Shown: piece after piece, positions 9,250 through 17,908 of the stretch
Layout of the letters: every line of letters starts with the position of its first letter
Position numbering within the stretch: the first letter of the stretch is position 1
Origin: Kiloniellaceae bacterium
GTDB taxonomy: Bacteria > Pseudomonadota > Alphaproteobacteria > Kiloniellales > Kiloniellaceae
Direction: 5' to 3'
DNA length: 35,866 nucleotides
Assembly: GCA_028280915.1 (NCBI GenBank)
Contig: JANQKX010000147.1
Span: 1 to 35,866 of the forward strand
The notes under the pieces: generated by a model
Seen by the model: the letters and a program-made list of their open reading frames with translations, nothing else
Databases searched by the model: none
What the model was told of the DNA's origin: nothing
Program-made: the position numbers and the translations under genes

Positions 9250-10308
9250 TTAGTTGGCCGCTTTTACGGCGTTCCAAGTGTTGGTGTAGTGTTCCAGACG
9301 ATCCCGCAGGTTGGTCCACAACAGCAGGCTGTCCAGGTAGTCCACATCGTCCTGATGCAGGGCCTTGAACTGCTCTTCGGACATGCAGTTTTTGGCCGCG
9401 ACCGGGTTGGCCGAGGAATAGCCGTTGACGTTGGACATGCCGCATTGGCCCTCTTCCGTGGTCGCCATGTTGATGAACTCGTAAACGCAGTCCTCGTTGG
9501 GCGTGCCCTTGACGATCAGCCAGGAGTCCATCCAGCCCTCGGCCCCTTCTTCGGGAATGAACTCTTGAACCGGAATGTTCTGCTCCGCCAAGAGGGCCGA
9601 CTGATAGCCGCCCCAGGTGTTGGAGATCCAGACTTCGCCGGCCGCGTAGAGGTCGACCAGCTCGCCGGCGGTGGCCCAGTACTTGCGGACGAGCGGTTTT
9701 TGCTCGATCAGCTTGGCCTTCGCCGCCTCCAGCTCTTCATCGGACAGATCATAGATGTTGTGGTTGCCGATCACCCGGGAGGCCACGTAGATGGCGCTTT
9801 TGTCGTCCCACAAGGAGATCTTGCCTTCCAGGGCGGGATCCCAAAGGATATTCAGCGAGGTAGGCGGCGTTTCGAATTTATCGGTGCGGTACATGAAGGG
9901 AATCGATCCCCAGGAGAAGGGAACACCATAGACCTTGCCGTCATGATTGATGCCTTCCGCGGTGCGGAATTTCTCGTAGATTTCCTCATAGCGGGGAAGG
10001 CGGCTCATGTCCGCCGGATCGATAAAGCCCGCTTCGATCAGCGCCTTGGTGGAATCGATGGACGGCGAAACCAAATCATAGACACCGCCGCCCGCGGCCA
10101 GCTTGGGCGCGAAATCGTCGTTTGACCCCACGTAGGTGGCCGAGACCTTGCAGCCGGTCGCTTCTTCGAAAGGCTTGATGAAACTGTCGTCGGCGTAACC
10201 TTCCCAGGTCAGGATATTGACTTCACCAGCCGCCTGAGCGGCGGTCGCCATGCCCATAACCGCCAAAACGGCGCCGGCCGATTGCAGAACTTTGCGTAGG
10301 TTTTTCAT
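9250..10308 (-). CDS. Periplasmic polyamine/amine-binding protein (PotD/PotF family)
   Basis: Signal peptide MKNLRKVLQSAGAVLAVMGMATAAQA, then NILTWEGYADDSF, typical of PotD/PotF SBP_bac_1/8 proteins. A perfect AAGGAGG RBS precedes ATG 10308. Confidence 0.85.
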   Translation of the reverse strand: MKNLRKVLQSAGAVLAVMGMATAAQAAGEVNILTWEGYADDSFIKPFEEATGCKVSATYVGSNDDFAPKLAAGGGVYDLVSPSIDSTKALIEAGFIDPADMSRLPRYEEIYEKFRTAEGINHDGKVYGVPFSWGSIPFMYRTDKFETPPTSLNILWDPALEGKISLWDDKSAIYVASRVIGNHNIYDLSDEELEAAKAKLIEQKPLVRKYWATAGELVDLYAAGEVWISNTWGGYQSALLAEQNIPVQEFIPEEGAEGWMDSWLIVKGTPNEDCVYEFINMATTEEGQCGMSNVNGYSSANPVAAKNCMSEEQFKALHQDDVDYLDSLLLWTNLRDRLEHYTNTWNAVKAAN

Positions 10309-10330
10309 AACTTGCCTCCTTCTGAGTGGT

Positions 10331-11812
10331 TTATTGTTCTTCACTTACTTGCGGCTGTTTTGATCGGGTTTTCCGGACAATCGTTCCGATGTCGACACCT
10401 AACGCCTTTGCCGCCTTGCGTTTGCTGCCGTAACGATCAATGGCTTGTGAAATAAGGTCCCGTTCGTAAAGGCCCACCATTTCCTTCAGGTTTCCCCGGT
10501 CCAGTTGGGGCGGCCGGCCTGCCGGTGCCGCGTCCCCATCCGGCCCGGTATCCACCATGTCCCGATGAGTCGATCTTGAAGGACCGGCGACATGATCGGG
10601 CAGATGGCTGGTCTCCGCGGTCGCTTGCGACACCACGGACAAGTGCTGAATGACATTGTGCAACTCGCGAATATTGCCGGGAAAGGCGTAGGCCAGCAAG
10701 GCTTTCCGGCAGCCGGGCGAAATCTCCAGAGCGGGGGTCCGCATGCGGTTGGCAATGGCGATGAAATGATCGATCAAATGCCCGGTCAGAGCGGGCAGTT
10801 TCCGCAGCGGGGTCATTTCGATGGTGATGACCGCCAGTCGGTAATAGAGGTCGCGGCGGAATTTGCCCTCACTCACCAAGCTCCAAAGGTCTCGGTTGGT
10901 GGCGGAGACAATCCGCGTATTGATCCGACGGCCCGAGCGGCCGCCGATCTTTTGCACCACGCCGTCTTCCAGGAACTTGAGCAGCTTGGCCTGACTGACC
11001 AGGGGAATTTCGCCCACTTCATCAAGGAACAGGGTGCCGCCCTCGGCGGATTCGATCAGGCCCTTTTTGCCACTTTGCAAGGCGCCCGTGAAGGCACCCT
11101 TTTCGTAGCCGAACATTTCCGATTCAAAAAGGCTTTCCGGGATCGCGCCGCAGTTCACCTGGATGAAGGGCTCTTCCCGGGTTCCCACCGACCGGTGGAG
11201 GTATTTGGCCAACTCGGTTTTGCCGGTGCCAGACTCCCCCAACAGCAGCAGCCGGGCGCCTTGGTGAAGGGCCCGCATGCTGCGGTCGATGGTCTGTTCA
11301 ATGGTGGGGGACAGGGTTTTTTGCTTGTCAAAGTCGGGGACGATATCCCGCTCGGACATGAACTTGAAAACGTTGCCCCCGCGCAGGCCCGACGCGCTGC
11401 GGCGCAGGTGGTCCAGAACCTGTAAATCCCGTTGGGTGATGATGGTGAGCGCGGGCTGCCCGTTGTGATCCAAAAGGCTGCGGAATGACGTCAAGATGGC
11501 GCGGCCGTCGTCGCTGGTGGAATGGAAGTCCCGCCGTTTGGCCATGGGGTCCGCGTTGATGGCGCTCCAGTCCAGCTGGCTCTCTGCCATCAGATCGGCG
11601 AAACCGCGGCCAAGCGCTGAACGCCTTTCGACGCCGTTCATCTGCAACGCGGTGCTGTTCGCGGCGCGGACCACGTCCTTGGCGTCCAGGACGATCAGGC
11701 CATCGGGTGTTTTATCGAAAAAAGCCTGAAAGGTCGGGCTGGCGAACATGGTGAAAAGATCGCCCGTGTCCCGCTCTCCCACGCCCATGTCGATGGCTTT
11801 GAATCGCACCAT
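10331..11812 (-). CDS. Sigma-54-dependent transcriptional activator (PAS-like N-terminus, AAA+ domain, Fis-type HTH)
   Basis: Walker A GESGTGKT, the sigma-54 contact motif GAFTGA (EKGAFTGA), Walker B LFLDEVGE, ...NIRELHN..., and a C-terminal HTH KRKAAKALGVDIGTIVRK. No receiver domain. Confidence 0.9.
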   Translation of the reverse strand: MVRFKAIDMGVGERDTGDLFTMFASPTFQAFFDKTPDGLIVLDAKDVVRAANSTALQMNGVERRSALGRGFADLMAESQLDWSAINADPMAKRRDFHSTSDDGRAILTSFRSLLDHNGQPALTIITQRDLQVLDHLRRSASGLRGGNVFKFMSERDIVPDFDKQKTLSPTIEQTIDRSMRALHQGARLLLLGESGTGKTELAKYLHRSVGTREEPFIQVNCGAIPESLFESEMFGYEKGAFTGALQSGKKGLIESAEGGTLFLDEVGEIPLVSQAKLLKFLEDGVVQKIGGRSGRRINTRIVSATNRDLWSLVSEGKFRRDLYYRLAVITIEMTPLRKLPALTGHLIDHFIAIANRMRTPALEISPGCRKALLAYAFPGNIRELHNVIQHLSVVSQATAETSHLPDHVAGPSRSTHRDMVDTGPDGDAAPAGRPPQLDRGNLKEMVGLYERDLISQAIDRYGSKRKAAKALGVDIGTIVRKTRSKQPQVSEEQ

Positions 11813-11815
11813 GGC

Positions 11816-12664
11816 CTAGCTCGCAGTCGCCGCGGCGGCGGCGCGGGCAAAACCGCTGAGGGTCACCACGATCCGCCGGCTGTTGTTATGGGTGGCAAAG
11901 GCCGACACAAAGGCTTGGCAGGCTTTGGACCGGCCGCCGGGGGTCTCGACCGAGACGGTCAGCGCCATGGAGCGTTCCCCGGGCTCGGGCGCGGCGTTGA
12001 GCGCGGCCAGACCGTCGGGAAAATCAACCAGTTCGGAAACGGGTCGGCCCAGCACGTCGTCCAACTGCCAGCCGAAGGCCCATTCCAGGGCCGGATTGGC
12101 GGCCTGCAGGTTCCCGTCTTCGCCCAGCACCAGAATGGGGTCGGGAATGGCGCTCAAGACATTGACCAGGGATTCAAGACGGTCGCTGAGTTCCTGTTCC
12201 CGGCGTCGTTGCTGGCTGATGTTGCGCACCGCCCCCCACATGCGGTAGAGCCGGCCGTTTTCGATGCGGGCCCGCACGTCGTTTTCCGCCTGCATCCACT
12301 CGTTTTCATAAGTTTGGTCCAGGGAGGGGGCGCCATCCAAGTTGAAATCGCTGGCGATCAGGTTCTTCACGAAGTCTTCGTTATCGGGATTGCGCGGAAA
12401 CACAAACCGTACGTTCTGCGCATTAAAATCCCGGTCCGCCGGCAATTTGTAAAGGTCGGCCATGGCCTGATTGCAAAGGCGCCAGTGGCTTTCGTTCTCG
12501 AAGACCTGGCGGATGATCTCCGCTTCCGGCGCGGTCAGGTCCACCGGTTCGGTGAACTCGATGCACCACAAAGCGTCCTTGGAGGTGTTGATGAAGCTGC
12601 GCAGCATCTCGTTCTCGCGCCGCAGGCGCTCCAACTCCTGCTCAAGCTTCAAACTTTCGTTCAT
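11816..12664 (-). CDS. PAS-domain-only sensor-like protein: coiled-coil N-terminus plus two PAS-like regions, no output domain
   Basis: MNESLKLEQELERLRRENEMLRSFINTSKDALWCIEF... and a second PAS-like block LVNVLSAIPDPILVLGEDGNLQAANPALEWAFGW. ATG 12664 shares one nucleotide with the upstream stop (TGATG). Its own stop lies 3 nt before the EBP start. Confidence 0.7.
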   Translation of the reverse strand: MNESLKLEQELERLRRENEMLRSFINTSKDALWCIEFTEPVDLTAPEAEIIRQVFENESHWRLCNQAMADLYKLPADRDFNAQNVRFVFPRNPDNEDFVKNLIASDFNLDGAPSLDQTYENEWMQAENDVRARIENGRLYRMWGAVRNISQQRRREQELSDRLESLVNVLSAIPDPILVLGEDGNLQAANPALEWAFGWQLDDVLGRPVSELVDFPDGLAALNAAPEPGERSMALTVSVETPGGRSKACQAFVSAFATHNNSRRIVVTLSGFARAAAAATAS

Positions 12665-13587
12665 CAATCCGCGCTCAAATAGTTTTCGATTCCAGGAGTC
12701 CGGTATCCATCCTTGGTCCAAAGAATGGGGAAATAGTTCTCGTCAATGACATTGTCGCCAAGGCGCTTGTAGCGACTATAGATACTGCCGGTCCCTTGGC
12801 CAAGGTGTTCGGGGACATAATGGGTATCGCTGCGCATGGCATGCAGGACCAGGGCCCGGCGGGACCGGCTGGCCGAGGTGTTGTCGCCCGAACCGTGCCA
12901 GGTCCAGCCGTGGTGGAAGGAACCGCCGCCTTTGGGCACTTCCACATAAACGATTTCCGGTTCCACACCTTCTCTGGCCGCCGCGAGCTCCATGTATTTG
13001 CGGTACTCTTTAGGCCCATGAAACTCCCCTTCCGGCAGGGAATGCCGCCACCGGTGGGAGCCACGCACGAATTCGATGGTGCCGGCGTCGGCCGTGGTGT
13101 CGTCCAAGGCGATCCAGCAACTGAGCAACTCCGACGGCTCGAACCATTTCAGGTAGGCGTTGTCCTGATGATAGGCGAGGGGGCGGGTTTGCGCCGGCTT
13201 CCACAGCACATTGTCGATCATGATGCGGGTGCCCGGCCAGCCGCCCAGCTCCGCGACCGCCTGGCCCAGGTCCGCTCTGAGCACCACCCGGGCGATGGCC
13301 CGGTCTGCTTTCCAGCCATTACAGATTTGCCGGGTCAGGCTGGGGTCGCCCGTCGCCTCCTGCCAATTCACTTCATCGGGCAGGATGCCGGTCTCGAAAT
13401 CCCCCTTGAAGAGCCGCCGGTAGCGCGCGCGCAAGAGCTCGACCGTATCGTCATCGATTAGGTTTTCCACAATCAAAAAGCCGTCTTCGTTGAAGCTTCT
13501 GATTTGATTTTCGCTGAGCTTAAACAAGGCTACCTCGTTTTCACTTAGGGTCAGGGCAGGCAATCCAGATAGGTGTTCACATCCCAA
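12664..13587 (-). CDS. Phytanoyl-CoA dioxygenase (PhyH) family Fe(II)/2-oxoglutarate dioxygenase
   Basis: FNEDGFLIVENLI..., metal-ligand motif HQDNAY (HxD), and WIALDDTTADAGTIEFVRGSH, typical of the PhyH family. The start overlaps the upstream GS-like gene by 37 nt, so an internal start is possible. Confidence 0.85.
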   Translation of the reverse strand: MGCEHLSGLPALTLSENEVALFKLSENQIRSFNEDGFLIVENLIDDDTVELLRARYRRLFKGDFETGILPDEVNWQEATGDPSLTRQICNGWKADRAIARVVLRADLGQAVAELGGWPGTRIMIDNVLWKPAQTRPLAYHQDNAYLKWFEPSELLSCWIALDDTTADAGTIEFVRGSHRWRHSLPEGEFHGPKEYRKYMELAAAREGVEPEIVYVEVPKGGGSFHHGWTWHGSGDNTSASRSRRALVLHAMRSDTHYVPEHLGQGTGSIYSRYKRLGDNVIDENYFPILWTKDGYRTPGIENYLSAD

Positions 13588-15017
13588 TCAGAGACCTGCC
13601 AGATGAATTTGTTCCATTCGTCCCGCTTGTACCAATCGTAGATACCGTACATGTCCCCCGGCAAAGCGGACTTGATCACCTCGTCCTCAGCCAAGGCATC
13701 CAAAGCATCCCGCAGGGTTGTCGGAATACGTTCCACCGCTTCGCCCGAATTCAGAACATCCACGAAATTCCGGTCTTCCGGGCTGCCCGGATCCACCTTG
13801 TTCCGGATGCCGTCGTCGAAGGCCTTCAACAGGGCGGACTGCATCAGATAAGGGTTGACCATGCTGTCCACGCAGCGGAACTCGAAGCGGTCCGGGCTGG
13901 ACACGCGAATGGCGCAGGAGCGGTTTTGCAAGCCCCAACTGGCCCCGACGGGCGCCCACATCCCCGTATCGTTCAGACGCCGATAGGAGTTGACGGTGGA
14001 AGAGCCGATGGCAACCAGGGCATTGAGGTGTTTCAACATGCCGCCCAGGGCAAAGCGTCCGGTTTCGGCCGGCATCCAGCTGTGATCCGGGTCCTCGATT
14101 TCGTTCTGGCCGCCCGTGCGGTGGGTAAAGACTTCGTCCATGGCCGGCAGATCCGCGGCGCCCCCAGAATGCAGGCCATCCTCCCCACAGCGCCATAGGG
14201 ACAGGTTATGGTGACAGCCGTTGGCCGGCATACCCATATAGGGCTTGGACATGAAAACCGCGATCAGGCCGAACTCCCGGGCCACCTGGGCGCAAAGCTG
14301 GCGATAGGTGGTCAAGCGGTCGCTGGTGCGCAGGGCTTCGTCGTACTGGAAGTTCATCTCGATCTGGCCCGGCGCGTCCTCGTGGTCGCCTTGGATCATA
14401 TCCAGGCCCATGGCCGTGCCGTAGTCAAAGACCTTCAGCCAAACATCGGACAGCTGTTCGAATTGGTCGATGTGATAGGCATAGGGCTTGGTGGTTTCAT
14501 AGTAAGGCCGCTTGTCATCGCCGGGCTTGAGCCAGAGCATTTCCGGTTCGCAACCGACCCGCAGGTGCAAACCGTCGTGATCCTCTTGGAACTTTTTGTG
14601 AATGCGCCGCAGGTTGCCGCGGGAATCGGAATCCAGGAATTCCTCCGGGCGCTCCGGGTCTTCGCGGCTGAAAAACACCGTGCAGAAAACCCGGGCCAGG
14701 CGCTTGTTCCAGGGTAGCTGGCAAAAGGTGTCTGGATCGGGCAGGGCCAAAAGCTCCGAGGCGTTGGGCGGAAATCCGATCAGCTGGCCGGCGCGGTCGG
14801 CGAAGACGTTGGTGACGCCGCCGAGCCAGGTCTGCATGCCCTCGTGGGCCATGCGCTCCCAATGTTTGGCCGGGACGACCTTGCCCATGATGCGCCCGGT
14901 AATCGAGACGTACTGGTAATAGATGGCGTCGACCCCCAGGGAGTCGATTTTTGCGCGTACCTGTGGAATGAGGGCCTCCCGGGCCGGATCGTTCAAATAG
15001 TCTTGCAGGTCGCTCAT
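13551..15017 (-). CDS. Glutamine synthetase family protein (GS-like amide ligase, paralogue B, 488 aa)
   Basis: GS beta-grasp N-domain and catalytic-domain motifs (GCEPEMLWL, HEDAPGQIEMNF, NGCHHNLSLW, NSYRRL, SWGLQNRSCAIRV). GAGGAGG RBS upstream. Confidence 0.85.
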   Translation of the reverse strand: MSDLQDYLNDPAREALIPQVRAKIDSLGVDAIYYQYVSITGRIMGKVVPAKHWERMAHEGMQTWLGGVTNVFADRAGQLIGFPPNASELLALPDPDTFCQLPWNKRLARVFCTVFFSREDPERPEEFLDSDSRGNLRRIHKKFQEDHDGLHLRVGCEPEMLWLKPGDDKRPYYETTKPYAYHIDQFEQLSDVWLKVFDYGTAMGLDMIQGDHEDAPGQIEMNFQYDEALRTSDRLTTYRQLCAQVAREFGLIAVFMSKPYMGMPANGCHHNLSLWRCGEDGLHSGGAADLPAMDEVFTHRTGGQNEIEDPDHSWMPAETGRFALGGMLKHLNALVAIGSSTVNSYRRLNDTGMWAPVGASWGLQNRSCAIRVSSPDRFEFRCVDSMVNPYLMQSALLKAFDDGIRNKVDPGSPEDRNFVDVLNSGEAVERIPTTLRDALDALAEDEVIKSALPGDMYGIYDWYKRDEWNKFIWQVSDWDVNTYLDCLP

Positions 15018-15038
15018 AAAAAATCTCGCCTCCTCAGG

Positions 15039-16394
15039 TCAAACCACTTCCAGATACCGGGCCCGTTCCGCCGCGCTCACCTCGCGGCGCAAAGCCGCCT
15101 CCTCGCTGCGGATCGCGGCGATGAAATGTTGGATGAAGGGAGCGCCCCAAATCGCCGCTGCCCGCTCGGAACCGGCAAGGCAATCGGCGGCCTCAAAGAG
15201 ATCATGGGGCAGGGGGACGGCGTTCTCCGGCATCTCATCCGGGCTACCCCCGGTGAATTCCGCCGGCAGTTCCGCCTTGGCCTCAATGCCCCATAGACCG
15301 GCGCCCAAGACATAAGCCAGATTCAGATAGGGATTGGCATCGGCACCGGGCAGGCGGTACTCCATGCGGCAGACATCTTGCGGGGACACCACCGCGCGCA
15401 CGGCAGCGGAGTAGTTTTGCCGCGCCCAAGAGGCCGACTTGGGAGCCCAGTTTCCCGGTGCGATGCGCCGATAAGAGTTGGTGGTGTGATGGGTCAGGGC
15501 CATGGCCTCGGGGATCAGGCTCAGCACGCCGGCGACAAAATGCTCGAACAATTCGCTCATGCCTTGGTCGTCGCCGACAAATAGATTGCGCCCGTTCGCC
15601 TTGTCGAAGAGGGAGACATGGGGGTGTTGGGAAAGACCCGGCAAGCTGCTGTCCAACTGGGACATGAAGGAGGCCGTCAAACCTCGCTGGCGGCAAAAGG
15701 CCTTGGTCATCATCTTGAAAAAAAGATGGTCTTCCGCCGCCCGCAGGGGGGAGGTGGCCTTGTGGGTAGCCTCGAAGCATCCCGGCCCAAGCTCAAGGCT
15801 CAACGACAACAGGTCCATGCCGCCGTCGGCCAGGAGCGTGCTTAAGGCGCTCACGAAGTCGGCATGGATGGCGGCGCTTTCCCCGGCCCAGCAACGGTTG
15901 TCCGGTGCGAAGGGCGAGATCGTTGAAAAGGCGCTGTCCCGCAGGCTGTCCGCGTCTTCCCGCAGAACAAAAAACTCGGACTCAAGGGCCGCCTTGACCC
16001 CAAAGCCCAGGGAGTCTGCCTTGTCGATTTGCCGCTGCAAGAGGGCACGGGGCGAGAGGGCCGAGGAGGGGCCGCCGTAGTCCGCCACCATCAGGCAGGC
16101 CTGGGGCTCGAAGGGAAAGGGGCGGATGGAGGCCGGATCGATGGTCACCGGTTCGCCGACGAAAGGTCCGCCACCGATCAACTGTTCGGCGGCATTCCAT
16201 TGGGGCAGCACATTCACGAAGGTCCCGCCCCCGTCCATGACCCGGGTCACGTCGTCCACCTTCAAACGGCGTTCCCGAAAGGTGCCCATCAAGTCGAAGA
16301 GGCCCACGTGCGCCACCGTGATACCGGCCGCCGTCAGGGCGTCAACCGCGTCTTGAAGGCTCGTCGCCTCCCCAAATGACGGAAACTCACTCAT
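15039..16394 (-). CDS. Glutamine synthetase family protein (GS-like amide ligase, paralogue A; PuuA/GlnT-like, about 451 aa)
   Basis: Catalytic motifs ALESEFFVL, ELGPGCFEATH, GLSQHPHVSLF, NSYRRIAPGNWAP, SWARQNYSAAVR. ATG 16394 (MSEFPSFGE...) is preferred over the upstream track start. Confidence 0.85.
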   Translation of the reverse strand: MSEFPSFGEATSLQDAVDALTAAGITVAHVGLFDLMGTFRERRLKVDDVTRVMDGGGTFVNVLPQWNAAEQLIGGGPFVGEPVTIDPASIRPFPFEPQACLMVADYGGPSSALSPRALLQRQIDKADSLGFGVKAALESEFFVLREDADSLRDSAFSTISPFAPDNRCWAGESAAIHADFVSALSTLLADGGMDLLSLSLELGPGCFEATHKATSPLRAAEDHLFFKMMTKAFCRQRGLTASFMSQLDSSLPGLSQHPHVSLFDKANGRNLFVGDDQGMSELFEHFVAGVLSLIPEAMALTHHTTNSYRRIAPGNWAPKSASWARQNYSAAVRAVVSPQDVCRMEYRLPGADANPYLNLAYVLGAGLWGIEAKAELPAEFTGGSPDEMPENAVPLPHDLFEAADCLAGSERAAAIWGAPFIQHFIAAIRSEEAALRREVSAAERARYLEVV

Positions 16395-16453
16395 GACACT
16401 CCGCCGATCCTGTTCGTGCCGCCGCATGGCCGCTTTGAGCCGGGGCGCATTTT

Positions 16454-16475
16454 TCTGATGCTATTTTGCATCAGA
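16454..16475. promoter_or_regulatory. Palindrome TCTGATGC-TATTTT-GCATCAGA (site A), between the -12 element and the GS-like start codon
   Basis: Perfect 8-bp arms with a 6-bp spacer. Shares the core TGATGC-N6-GCATCA with site B at 16607-16632. An extra TGATGC half-site lies at 16577-16582. Confidence 0.45.
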
Positions 16476-16494
16476 TTGCTTGTTGTCGCAAATA

Positions 16495-16512
16495 AAGCAG
16501 ATCTTGTGCCAA
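16495..16512 (-). promoter_or_regulatory. Sigma-54 (-24/-12) promoter for the GS-like/PhyH/PAS/EBP/Pot operon
   Basis: The minus strand reads TTGGCAC-AAGAT-CTGCTT. This is TGGCAC-N5-cTGC with canonical GG-N10-GC spacing, about 100 nt upstream of ATG 16394. An AT-rich tract (16525-16600) separates it from site B. A sigma-54 activator is encoded in the operon. Confidence 0.6.
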
Positions 16513-16606
16513 ACCTTCGGGTTTTGGCGAAAATATTTTATAAATATCTGAAAAATATGATAAAATATCGGAAATCTGATGCAGTATAAAGAATCAGTAG
16601 AATGAA

Positions 16607-16632
16607 CATATGATGCGTTATTGCATCATATG
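16607..16632. promoter_or_regulatory. Palindrome CATATGATGC-GTTATT-GCATCATATG (site B), about 100 bp upstream of the -24/-12 promoter. Candidate enhancer (UAS), or alternatively a terminator hairpin for the upstream oxygenase gene.
   Basis: Perfect 10-bp arms with a 6-bp spacer and the same TGATGC-N6-GCATCA core as site A. Confidence 0.45.
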
Positions 16633-16684
16633 GCCGATTCAGCAGCGGTTTGTGATGAAAAGATGCGGCTCTGTTGCCGGGAAG

Positions 16685-17779
16685 TTACGGGTTTCTTTGA
16701 GCCAGCAGGGCCTGGGCGGCCTCTTCCGGATCGGGCAGTTTGCCCCGCTCGTCCCAGCGATAGGCATAGGAAAAGGAGTGCATGTTTTCGATCCAATAGC
16801 CGAAATGGGTCGGCGGGTACTTGGGCGGATTTGCCGCGTCGGCGCAGCTCGGCAGGCACTCAACGACCGTGTCGTGGTTGGCGGCGAAAAACAGCGCCAT
16901 GGAATTGCGTTTCTTGCCGGACAGATTGATGACCCGATGGGGCGTGGAAACGAACAGGTCGTTGGTCCAGCGCATCATCATGTCGGCGATATTGATGATG
17001 AAAGTCCCCGGGATCGGCGGCGCTTCGATCCACTGCCCGGCCCGGTTTTGCACCTGAAGGCCCGACTGGGACTGCCATAGCAGGGTAAAGCTCTCATAGT
17101 CGGTGTGCGGGCCGATCCCCACCGCCGCCTCTTGAGGCTCCGTATCCGGGTAGTAGAGAATGCGGAGCTGGGCGCAAGGCTTGGTCACCAAGGGCTCGAA
17201 GTAGTCTTCCGGCATGTCAAGGGCGAGGGCGAAAAGGCGGTACAAACGCTTGCCCAGGGCCATGGCCTCTTCAAAGTAGCCATAAATGTCCCGCTGGAAC
17301 GCGGGCTGTTCCGCCGGCCAGACATTCGGCCCGAGCAAGGGGCTGCCGGCCTGGTAATCCGGGTCGCTTTCGGGGAGTTCCAAGCCGACTTCGTAGCCTT
17401 CTTGCAGATCCACGATCTCCGGGTCCGCGGAAAGGCCGCCCACGGGCACATAACCCTTGTGGCGCTTGGTGACGGCCACATCGTACTGTTTTTTTACCGA
17501 CACCGGCAGGGCATAGAAGTTTTCAGCCGCCGCCAGGGCCGCCTGAATGACGGTTTCCGGCACCCCATGGTTCTTGACGTAAAAGAAGCCCACGTTGACC
17601 GCGGCGTCGCGGACCTTTTGCGCGGCCGCTTGCTTGGCCGCTTGATCGTCGCCCAACATGGCCTGGATGTCGATGATGGGGATTTCGTCGAAGTCGACCC
17701 GGGACGCGCCAAAATCCCGGCGGCCGGTGATATCTGTTGGACGGACTTTTGCCTCTTTGTCGAATTCGGGGAGTTTCAA
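16685..17779 (-). CDS. 2-oxoglutarate/Fe(II)-dependent oxygenase, isopenicillin-N-synthase-like family
   Basis: DIOX_N-like IPIIDIQ...GFFYVKNHGV. Catalytic HxD...H (GPHTDYESFTLLWQ ... STPHRV) and the RxS-like motif. TTG is the only in-frame start and is preceded by AAGGGAGG. Confidence 0.85.
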   Translation of the reverse strand: MKLPEFDKEAKVRPTDITGRRDFGASRVDFDEIPIIDIQAMLGDDQAAKQAAAQKVRDAAVNVGFFYVKNHGVPETVIQAALAAAENFYALPVSVKKQYDVAVTKRHKGYVPVGGLSADPEIVDLQEGYEVGLELPESDPDYQAGSPLLGPNVWPAEQPAFQRDIYGYFEEAMALGKRLYRLFALALDMPEDYFEPLVTKPCAQLRILYYPDTEPQEAAVGIGPHTDYESFTLLWQSQSGLQVQNRAGQWIEAPPIPGTFIINIADMMMRWTNDLFVSTPHRVINLSGKKRNSMALFFAANHDTVVECLPSCADAANPPKYPPTHFGYWIENMHSFSYAYRWDERGKLPDPEEAAQALLAQRNP

Positions 17780-17908
17780 AGCCCTGGCCTCCCTTGTTTG
17801 CTATTTCTCGGTTTCGTACCTTGTTGCATCTTACGGTCGTTAGCATAGGATAAAAGGCGAATGGGTGACAAGGTACCGCCATGGCGGCGGCGTGTACCGT
17901 TACGGTGA

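Noticed and set aside
17780-17908. A second sigma-54 promoter in the oxygenase/DUF1989 divergent region (TGGCCT...TTTGCT)
   Set aside because: The GG-to-GC spacing is two bases too long for a -24/-12 element, and the -24 box is imperfect. No TGATGC-N6-GCATCA site is present.
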